Origin: Maribacter sp.
GTDB lineage: Bacteria; Bacteroidota; Bacteroidia; Flavobacteriales; Flavobacteriaceae
Length of the DNA stretch: 64,000 bases
NCBI RefSeq assembly: GCF_039968975.1
Contig: NZ_JBDVOT010000185.1
Span: 3,807 to 67,806 of the forward strand
Direction: 5' to 3'
Shown: positions 57,439 to 64,000 of the stretch, piece by piece
How the letters are laid out: every line of letters starts with the position of its first letter
How positions within the stretch are numbered: position 1 is the first letter of the stretch
Position numbers and translations under genes: made by a program
Notes under the pieces: generated by a model
What the model was told of the DNA's origin: nothing
Database searches by the model: none
Seen by the model: only the letters and a program-made list of their open reading frames with translations

Positions 57439-60054
57439 ATGACTACAAAAAACTCTTGTTACAAGGCGGCATTGCTGACCCTTGTACTCGCCATTTCGTG
57501 CATATCTATGACGATGGCGCAAACCGTACCTTCGCCAGAAGATGTTTTTGGCTTTAAAGTAGGTGCCGACTACAAACTGGCAGATTACAGCCAAATTGAA
57601 GATTACCTTGGGCAACTAGATGCTGCTTCTAATCGCGTAAAAAAAGTTGAAATTGGTACAACGGTACTAGGTAGAAAAATGTACATCTTGTTTATCTCTA
57701 GCGAGGAGAATCTTAAAGATTTGGATAAATGGAAAGACATCAGCACTAAGTTGGCACGTGTACAAGTATCTGATGACGAAGCCATGAAGCTATCTGAAGA
57801 AGGAAAAGCAGTTGTGTGGATTGATGGTGGTATGCACTCTACGGAATTAGCACATGGTCAAATGACCTCTGAATTTGCCTATACCTTGGCTACTGCTGAA
57901 ACTACAGAAATAAAGAAAATTAGGGACAATGTAATTACCATACTAATGCCCGTTATGAATCCTGATGGGTTAGATATTGTTGTAGATTGGTACAAGAAGA
58001 ACCTAGGTACCGCTTATGAAACCTCTCGTCCGCCAATTTTGTATCACTATTATATGGGTCATGATAACAATAGAGATTGGTTTATGAATACCATGCCAGA
58101 GACCTATAATGTTACTAAGATATTGTATAATGAATGGTATCCACAGATTGTGTATAACCACCACCAATCATCTCCTTCTTGGACAAAAATTTCATTGCCA
58201 CCATATGCAGATCCAGTAAATCCAAGAATTCATCCAGCAATTACTGCGGGTGTAAGTGAGGTAGGTTCTGCAATGACCAAAAGATTTTCATTGGAGAATA
58301 TGCCAGGTGCAATTGCCGATAATTTTTATACCATGTTCTGGAACGGTGGTGGGCGTACCGTACCTTACTACCATAATATGATCGGAATTTTAACCGAGGT
58401 TGGTCATACAAGTCCGACGCCGCGATTCTATGATCCAGAAAAATTACCTAAAACCGTTGCTGGTGGCACACCTACAGATGGTACAGATATTATGTATCCA
58501 GATCCATGGAAAGGTGGCGAATCTCATTTTCGTGATGCTGTAGATTATATGTTAACCGCTACATGGGCTACTTTAGATTTGGCAGCTGATAGAAAGAGTA
58601 ATTACCTATATAACATCTACAAAATGGGTGCTTCGGCAATTGAGAAATCTAAAGAAGAAGGTCCGTTTGCTTATGTGATTGGTAAAGATCAATGGGATGC
58701 TTTTGAGTCTGTAAACTTGGTAAATGTATTGTTGAAAGGTGGTATTGAAATTGAAAAAACCATCAAGAGTTTTGAGATTGATGGAAAGAAATATGAAAAA
58801 GGCACCTATGTAATTTACACGGCACAAGCCTTTAGACCTTACCTAATGGATTTAATGGAAAAGCAAAATTACCCAACACGTTTTCAGTATCCAGGTGGCC
58901 CTCCAGATACCCCCTATGATTTAGCAGGATGGACATTACCAATGCAAATGGGTATCACGGTAGATAAAATTGCTGAACCTTTTAAAGTAGCTACAGAAAA
59001 AGTATCAGAAGAAGCACCATATTATGAAGGTGAAATAAAAGGAAATGCATCTTTTGGATATTTATTGAGTGCCAACAGTAATGCATCGGTAATTGTAACC
59101 AACAAAGTGTTGAATGCAGGTGGAACGGCGTATAAAACAAAAGCATCTTTTAAATCAGGGAAAACAACATATCCGGCAGGTGCTTATATCGTATCGGGCG
59201 GTAGTGCTTCTGTAGAAGACTTAGCAGCTGAATATGGTTTAGAAGTAACAGGTTTATCTGCAGAACCAAAGGTAGAAATGACAAAGGTTCACGCACCAAA
59301 AGTAGGTCTGTATAAGTCGTGGGTTTCAAATATGGATGAAGGATGGACGCGTTTTATCATGGATGAGTATTCATTTGAAACAGATACTCTTCACGATACC
59401 GATATTCAAACAAAAGATTTATCTCAGTATGATGTATTGATTATACCATCGCAACGACCAAAATCTATTCTTCATGGTAATTCGCCACTAAAAATGCCAG
59501 AGAAATTTACGGGCGGTATTGGCTTAGAAGGGTCGGTAGCCTTAAGTAATTATGTGAAAAATGGAGGTACCTTATTGGCTTTTGATGAAGCTAGTAACTA
59601 TGTAATAGAGCAATTTGGTTTGCCGTTAAAAGATGCTACGGAAGGCACAGATAGCAATGAATTCTTTATACCAGGATCACTGATTAAAACGGGTATAGAA
59701 ACCTCACATCCGCTGGCATTTGGTATGCAAGACACCGTTGCGGTTTCTTTCAACAAGAGTCGTGCTTTCGTAATAGATAAGCAATCAAAAAAAGGCGAAG
59801 GTGGTACAGAAGATATAAAAGATGCTCCGGCACCAGAAGTTGAGGTTATTGCTAACTATGCGGCAAAAGATTTATTGATGAGCGGTTGGGCAATGGGCGA
59901 GAAAAAGTACATCGCTAAAAAACCGGCTATGGTAAAAGCAACATATGGTAAAGGTTCTGTAGTGTTGTTCGCTTTTAGACCACAGTTTAGAGCACAACCA
60001 AGAGGAACGTACAAGCTTATTTTCAACTCCATTTTTGAAGGTGCTGCAGAATAG
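57439..60054 (+). CDS. M14 family metallocarboxypeptidase-like protein (large, secreted)
   Basis: 871 aa with a signal peptide. The zinc HxxE context is WIDGGMHSTELAHGQ, followed by ..NPDG.. and ..HYYMGHDNNRDW. Confidence 0.85.
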   Translation: MTTKNSCYKAALLTLVLAISCISMTMAQTVPSPEDVFGFKVGADYKLADYSQIEDYLGQLDAASNRVKKVEIGTTVLGRKMYILFISSEENLKDLDKWKDISTKLARVQVSDDEAMKLSEEGKAVVWIDGGMHSTELAHGQMTSEFAYTLATAETTEIKKIRDNVITILMPVMNPDGLDIVVDWYKKNLGTAYETSRPPILYHYYMGHDNNRDWFMNTMPETYNVTKILYNEWYPQIVYNHHQSSPSWTKISLPPYADPVNPRIHPAITAGVSEVGSAMTKRFSLENMPGAIADNFYTMFWNGGGRTVPYYHNMIGILTEVGHTSPTPRFYDPEKLPKTVAGGTPTDGTDIMYPDPWKGGESHFRDAVDYMLTATWATLDLAADRKSNYLYNIYKMGASAIEKSKEEGPFAYVIGKDQWDAFESVNLVNVLLKGGIEIEKTIKSFEIDGKKYEKGTYVIYTAQAFRPYLMDLMEKQNYPTRFQYPGGPPDTPYDLAGWTLPMQMGITVDKIAEPFKVATEKVSEEAPYYEGEIKGNASFGYLLSANSNASVIVTNKVLNAGGTAYKTKASFKSGKTTYPAGAYIVSGGSASVEDLAAEYGLEVTGLSAEPKVEMTKVHAPKVGLYKSWVSNMDEGWTRFIMDEYSFETDTLHDTDIQTKDLSQYDVLIIPSQRPKSILHGNSPLKMPEKFTGGIGLEGSVALSNYVKNGGTLLAFDEASNYVIEQFGLPLKDATEGTDSNEFFIPGSLIKTGIETSHPLAFGMQDTVAVSFNKSRAFVIDKQSKKGEGGTEDIKDAPAPEVEVIANYAAKDLLMSGWAMGEKKYIAKKPAMVKATYGKGSVVLFAFRPQFRAQPRGTYKLIFNSIFEGAAE

Positions 60055-60129
60055 TTGATTACTAGGAACGCTAGTAATATTCAGGCGCAGTTTAAAGTAT
60101 TTAACGCAAGCTTAGATAATTATATAATA

Positions 60130-60166
60130 GAAATGTCCATCTCAATTTGATGGGCATTTCTATTTT
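60130..60166 (+). terminator. rho-independent terminator after the M14 gene
   Basis: GAAATGTCCATC-TCAATTT-GATGGGCATTTC forms a 12-bp stem with one G:U pair, followed by TATTTT. Confidence 0.8.
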
Positions 60167-60186
60167 AAAATATTTTTTAATAATTC

Positions 60187-60217
60187 AAGCAGCCTAAAAG
60201 GCTGCTTTCTTGGTTTT
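60187..60217 (+). terminator. second tandem hairpin/terminator
   Basis: AAGCAGCC-TAAAA-GGCTGCTT followed by TCTTGGTTTTT. A half-copy, GAAGCAGCC, recurs at about 60294. Confidence 0.6.
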
Positions 60218-60583
60218 TAGGTGATTTATATACCAATGGATTCCATCAAATTCAAAAAACCGATTTTTGTATTTCCTAATAAAATGTTAAATTGAAGCAG
60301 CCCTTAATATTAGTGTACTAAAGTTCCCCCAGAATCTATTAGTGTTGCTCTTTATTAACGGGCTTTTTTTAGCGATGTCCAACTACGAATTAATTAACCT
60401 TTACTTTTTATCCCAATTAACGTTACTTTCAAGAAAATCTATTGAATTGGTAACGTAAGAGTGAAAATTCTAAAAATTCAATTAACTTTAATAGGTATAT
60501 ACCTTACTAAGGTTTTTTACCGAACAGAATTCAAAGAATAGTATTAAATTAGGCAAGCACTATATAAAATGCATTTGTAAATA

Positions 60584-60760
60584 ATGGCAAAAATTGAAAT
60601 TAAAGGTTCCCCCGAAGAGCTAGAAAGAGTAGCTACATTTTTAGCAAACAATAATGTAAAGTTTGATATTGCCAATGATTATGGCAATCATTCTCTAGAA
60701 GATTTAGAAAAGTATGAGCATCTGAAAACTAGGTTTTCTGACCCGGTTCCAGAAAAATAA
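60584..60760 (+). CDS. hypothetical 58-aa protein
   Basis: This ORF is below the track cutoff: MAKIEIKGSPEELERVATFLANNNVKFDIANDYGNHSLEDLEKYEHLKTRFSDPVPEK. It ends 9 nt before the next ORF. Coding status is uncertain. Confidence 0.35.
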   Translation: MAKIEIKGSPEELERVATFLANNNVKFDIANDYGNHSLEDLEKYEHLKTRFSDPVPEK

Positions 60761-60769
60761 CTCAGCGAC

Positions 60770-61039
60770 ATGAAAGGCTTACAACAAATAAAATCTGAGA
60801 TAGAATTGTTGACTAGTACAAGTAACAAAACTGAACTAGAAGTAGTAGATGCATTACAAAAATATTACTTCAACAAAGCTGTAACGGCCGAGATTAAGTT
60901 ATACAAGAAGAAAAAGAAAAAGGTAGCTCAAATTACCAAAGACCTTAAAATTAGTCACCGTAGGTTCTATAAGATTTTAGAGGATAAAAAGATAGAATTT
61001 ACCAAATACAATAAGTCTAAAGAAGAAACGGCAGAATAG
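60770..61039 (+). CDS. hypothetical small protein with C-terminal helix-turn-helix-like segment
   Basis: 89 aa. A KKKKKK tract is followed by VAQITKDLKISHRRFYKILEDKKI, which is HTH-like. Confidence 0.5.
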   Translation: MKGLQQIKSEIELLTSTSNKTELEVVDALQKYYFNKAVTAEIKLYKKKKKKVAQITKDLKISHRRFYKILEDKKIEFTKYNKSKEETAE

Positions 61040-61078
61040 TTTTCTTTGAGTAGATTCATTGGCTATAACCCAAGAGAA

Positions 61079-61633
61079 ATGAGATTTATAAAGTACATAC
61101 AAGTATTTCTTATTTCTGTTTGGGTATCTCATGCTGCCTATTCTCAAAAAGTAACAGTGAAAACTCAAGTACAAACTACGGTTAGTATTGAATGTACCGC
61201 TGATGGTTGTTTTGGCAGTTATTATGGCAAAGAATTTATAGATGGGTCAGATGTTGCTCATCAGTTTTCTAACACCATGTCTGCCAAAGTTGGGGATAAA
61301 TTAAAGGAACTCTATTCTAAGGATAAGTACGTAAAAGTAGACTTTACGAACATAGATATGTCTACCGAAGGTATGGGTTCTGGTATGGTGACGTATAAGC
61401 TTAAGATTCCGTTTGTAACTGTGGCTACTAAATGCGATGCCTATACATCTTTTGATCATGTTGGTGGGTGGAATCACGCTCCTTCATTACCTAGAAGAAA
61501 AAAGGAATTAAGTTCTCTTTTACTGCCCGGCGAATCTTTAGATATCAGTAAGCTAAAAAAGACCCCTGAAGGTTTACAGGAATATTGGATTCAGTGGAAG
61601 AATAAGAACACCCAAAAACGTTGTAACAAATAG
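61079..61633 (+). CDS. hypothetical secreted protein
   Basis: The ORF is open from a TTG at 61046. The ATG at 61079 gives the signal peptide MRFIKYIQVFLISVWVSHAAYSQ. It has four Cys. No family recognised. Confidence 0.55.
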   Translation: MRFIKYIQVFLISVWVSHAAYSQKVTVKTQVQTTVSIECTADGCFGSYYGKEFIDGSDVAHQFSNTMSAKVGDKLKELYSKDKYVKVDFTNIDMSTEGMGSGMVTYKLKIPFVTVATKCDAYTSFDHVGGWNHAPSLPRRKKELSSLLLPGESLDISKLKKTPEGLQEYWIQWKNKNTQKRCNK

Positions 61634-61669
61634 CAAAATTAATTTAATAAACCGTCTTAATTATTAAAA

Positions 61670-61912
61670 ATGAACAAAGAATCACTCTCTAAATTAAGTA
61701 ATGAAGAATTACTTAAAAAGCATACTGCTGCGAAAACTATGGTATGGCTTTTGGCAATTGTTCTAACAGGGTGCTTACTTTTCTTTATCTATATGTCTAT
61801 TAAAGATGGGATTACTCCCTTATTAGCAGTTCCGTTAGCGTTATCAGCTATTATTCCTTTGAATGTGAAGAATATGAATACGTTAAAAAGGGAATTAGAT
61901 TCCAGAAAATAA
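61670..61912 (+). CDS. hypothetical two-TM membrane protein
   Basis: 80 aa with an amphipathic N-terminus and two hydrophobic helices. Confidence 0.5.
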   Translation: MNKESLSKLSNEELLKKHTAAKTMVWLLAIVLTGCLLFFIYMSIKDGITPLLAVPLALSAIIPLNVKNMNTLKRELDSRK

Positions 61913-61950
61913 GCTTTAGTCATTTAAAAAAGGAAGACAAAATCAGAATT

Positions 61951-62142
61951 ATGAAAAAATCTACCATTGCAATTATAGGAATGACAATAGCGGTGGTCAC
62001 CATCGTATCTACTTTTATTAAGGACAATGATGCTGGTACGTTATTCGGTTATGAAATTGATATTTGGATGTATCGCTTAATTTGGCTTGCTTTATTTGGA
62101 GTAATTTTGAATGGATATTTGCAAGAGCGGAAAAACACATAA
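61951..62142 (+). CDS. hypothetical two-TM membrane protein
   Basis: 63 aa with two hydrophobic helices. Confidence 0.45.
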   Translation: MKKSTIAIIGMTIAVVTIVSTFIKDNDAGTLFGYEIDIWMYRLIWLALFGVILNGYLQERKNT

Positions 62143-62273
62143 TTATCTTTTGAATTGAACAATAGTACTGTTTCAGATTTAATTTAAACGAATTAGTGAT
62201 AATATAGTGTCATTTTGTAGCTCAAATTAAAATTTATGTAAATAATCACCAAGTATTTCGACTCACACATCAC

Positions 62274-62840
62274 ATGAAAAAGCGAAAATTTAAAATCAGT
62301 GATATCATATTTGTCGTGTTCATTTTGTTGTTGATAATTCCACAGACAAGAACACCAATTCAGGTAGCGGTCAATAAACTGAAAGTAGCGGTTTGGTCGC
62401 CTAGTGTTGAAGATGAAGAAGACCAGAATGAGGTGGTTCCGTTTCAATATGCCGTGGTTGATATGCAGGGTGAAACTAAAAGTATAGCGGTTGGCAAGGG
62501 CAAGGTTATTTTTATCAGTTATTGGGCAACTTGGTGTCCGCCATGTATTGCAGAATTGCCAGGAATTCAAGAGTTGTATAAAGACTATGGAGGCAAAGTC
62601 AATTTTATACTACTGACCCAAGAAGAACCAGAAAAAGTGCAGCGGTTTATTAAAAAGAAAGGTTATGAGCTACCTATCTATTTTCCTCAAATGCAAGCGC
62701 CTAATGTATTGTATGAAAATAGCATTCCAACGAATTATGTCATAGATACCGCAGGTAAAATTATCATAAAAGAAACCGGTGCGGCAGATTGGAACAGTAC
62801 AAAAGTTCGCGAGTTATTAGATGATTTAACAAAAGAATAG
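62274..62840 (+). CDS. TlpA family thiol:disulfide oxidoreductase (thioredoxin fold, membrane-anchored)
   Basis: 188 aa with an N-terminal anchor and the redox motif WATWCPPC. Confidence 0.88.
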   Translation: MKKRKFKISDIIFVVFILLLIIPQTRTPIQVAVNKLKVAVWSPSVEDEEDQNEVVPFQYAVVDMQGETKSIAVGKGKVIFISYWATWCPPCIAELPGIQELYKDYGGKVNFILLTQEEPEKVQRFIKKKGYELPIYFPQMQAPNVLYENSIPTNYVIDTAGKIIIKETGAADWNSTKVRELLDDLTKE

Positions 62841-62843
62841 CGC

Positions 62844-62876
62844 AAAAAAAAAGCCGAAAAATGAATTCCGGCCTTT
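62844..62876. terminator. bidirectional terminator-like hairpin between convergent tlpA-like and PepSY-like genes
   Basis: An A9 run is followed by GCCGAAAAATGAATTCCGGC, an imperfect stem, and then CTTT. The T-run is strong only for the minus strand. Confidence 0.5.
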
Positions 62877-62901
62877 CCCACATCTCCCAATCAAAGAAAC
62901 A

Positions 62902-63351
62902 TTAATCAATCATTTCGCTAAGTATTTTTCCACTTTCATTAAAGACTACATCCATTTCATCATTCCATCCTTTATCAAGCTCTACATCATAAGTAGTAGA
63001 TCCGTTTACAGTAGTTTTTTCGACAGAATCTACTTTGTATCCTTCATAGTTACTGGCAATTACAGATGTAATGGCTTGTGGTAAATCTGCAGCGGTAATT
63101 TCATGTTCCGCTCTGGTCGCTTTTCCGTCCATAGCATACCAAATTTCATGCTCTAGTCTGTTATTATCAAATTCAACTTTGTAAGACTGTCCGTCCAACT
63201 CCCACTCCACATCACTTGCCTTGGGATAATGCTGCTCAAAACTCTCTCTTAAATTTGTAGGCACATTGTTAGGGTTTATATCTTGTGCAAATACTGTAAA
63301 TACACCCAATACGGTCAAAGCCAATGTTACTATACTCTTATTTTTCATCAT
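62902..63351 (-). CDS. PepSY-like (putative beta-lactamase-inhibitor-like) periplasmic protein
   Basis: 149 aa with a signal peptide. It has two repeated halves (..YP.A..V.WE.....Y.VEF / ..Y.GYKV..VE......T.Y.VEL) typical of this family. It is divergent from a two-component regulator. Confidence 0.75.
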   Translation of the reverse strand: MMKNKSIVTLALTVLGVFTVFAQDINPNNVPTNLRESFEQHYPKASDVEWELDGQSYKVEFDNNRLEHEIWYAMDGKATRAEHEITAADLPQAITSVIASNYEGYKVDSVEKTTVNGSTTYDVELDKGWNDEMDVVFNESGKILSEMID

Positions 63352-63509
63352 CAGATAATTTTTAAATTCCCTTCAAAGAAAAGAGCTAAATCTAGAAGAA
63401 ATTGGGAATAGAATTCATTTTGTTCATTTTTTAGCGTTAAAATGCACGACCTTATAATTCCCATATCTTTCTAGAATTCTATTATATTGTTGTTGCAAAC
63501 AACAGTGCC

Positions 63510-64000
63510 ATGAAAATTCTAATTATAGAAGACGAACCCCAAATGCTAGAGAATATGCGCCAAACTTTAGAGCGCGAAAAATATATGGTAGAAACAGCAG
63601 CTAATTTTGTAACTGCCAGTACTAAAATAGGAGTGTATGAATATGATTGTATTCTGTTAGATATTACCCTGCCAGATGGTAATGGATTAGAACTTTTAAA
63701 ACAATTAAAGCAACAAGGTAAAGATGACGGTGTAATCATAGTTTCGGCGAAAGACTCTTTGGACGACCGTATAAATGGGCTAAATTTAGGGGCAGACGAC
63801 TACTTGCCAAAGCCTTTTCATATGGCAGAATTACATGCGCGGGTAAAAGCAATAGTACGCCGCAGAACGTTTGATGGTAATAAGCTTATTGAAATTGGTA
63901 ATATTAGTATTGACCCAGAAAGTAGAAGTGTACAGGTTAATAAAGCAGAAGTTGCCCTTAACCGAAAAGAGTATGATGTGCTATTATATATGATATCTAA
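63510..64000 (+). CDS. OmpR/PhoB-type response regulator (3' end beyond the window)
   Basis: From the ATG at 63510: MKILIIEDEPQM...ILLDITLPDGNGLELL...VSAKDSLDDRINGLNLGADDYLPKPFHMAELHARV.., then the start of the winged-helix domain. It is not in the ORF track because no stop codon falls in the window. Confidence 0.9.
   Translation, partial: MKILIIEDEPQMLENMRQTLEREKYMVETAANFVTASTKIGVYEYDCILLDITLPDGNGLELLKQLKQQGKDDGVIIVSAKDSLDDRINGLNLGADDYLPKPFHMAELHARVKAIVRRRTFDGNKLIEIGNISIDPESRSVQVNKAEVALNRKEYDVLLYMIS

Noticed and set aside
55534-60583. I considered a tRNA-adjacent integrated mobile element or genomic island downstream of the CAT tRNA.
   Set aside because: No integrase or recombinase gene is present. 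I could see no direct repeat of the tRNA 3' end (..GGTTCGAGTCCAGGTGGGACCA) in the downstream spacers by eye. The intervening Kelch and M14 genes look like ordinary flavobacterial surface and peptidase genes. Only the GIY-YIG remnant hints at past mobile DNA.
63482-63739. An 85-aa minus-strand ORF is listed in the track.
   Set aside because: The opposite strand encodes a textbook OmpR-type receiver domain starting at 63510. It is missing from the track only because it runs off the window. The minus-strand ORF is its shadow.
1-64000. I searched the window for CRISPR arrays, rRNA genes, IS elements or transposases, and riboswitch-like leaders.
   Set aside because: No regularly spaced direct repeats of 25-40 bp are present. 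No rRNA-like conserved blocks were seen. No DDE/transposase or integrase-like translations appear in the ORF track. The GC-richer spacers (for example 36150..36328 and 55400..55533) show only short hairpins that I could not assign to any known RNA family by eye. A covariance-model scan (Rfam/Infernal) would be needed to be sure.

Overview
This window is a low-GC chromosomal segment (coding DNA roughly mid-30s % GC by eye, intergenic DNA much lower). I infer Bacteroidota/Flavobacteriia from gene content, lipoprotein-type signal peptides, weak Shine-Dalgarno usage and a TAnnTTTG-type -7 box; this was not searched against any database. I support about 54 protein-coding genes, one tRNA (anticodon CAT) and two decayed genes. 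Housekeeping genes are gltX, ybeY, mnmG, rnr, rpiB, rnpA, lepA, dusB, rbfA and mce. There is a dense set of secreted or lipoprotein peptidases (C40, S10, S41, M1, S8, M14). There are two complete two-component systems plus the 5' part of a third response regulator, a CPA1 antiporter, and three paralogous CarboxypepD_reg/beta-barrel outer-membrane proteins. No CRISPR array, rRNA, transposase or integrase was seen. Main second-look items, in order: (1) A translationally coupled three-gene operon (47413..49755) encodes a divergent Lgt paralog, a Cys-rich radical SAM enzyme and a 65-aa two-TM peptide. I consider it the best candidate for an uncharacterised lipid or lipoprotein modification system. 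(2) Two identical perfect 16-bp parS-type palindromes (TGTTCCACGTGGAACA) bracket mnmG within about 10 nt of each end, which implies an origin-proximal location. (3) A 646-bp intergenic region of about 85% AT between rnr and rpiB carries an over-represented TGTTAA/TTAACA hexamer. (4) A type II m5C DNA methyltransferase sits next to an unassignable 124-aa ORF. (5) A DUF1080-family gene is inactivated by three independent lesions. (6) A hybrid sensor kinase carries a tandem triplicated PAS module. (7) A 1164-aa membrane-anchored coiled-coil protein carries a collagen-like Gly-rich tract. All family assignments come from motif recognition in the supplied translations; no database search was possible.
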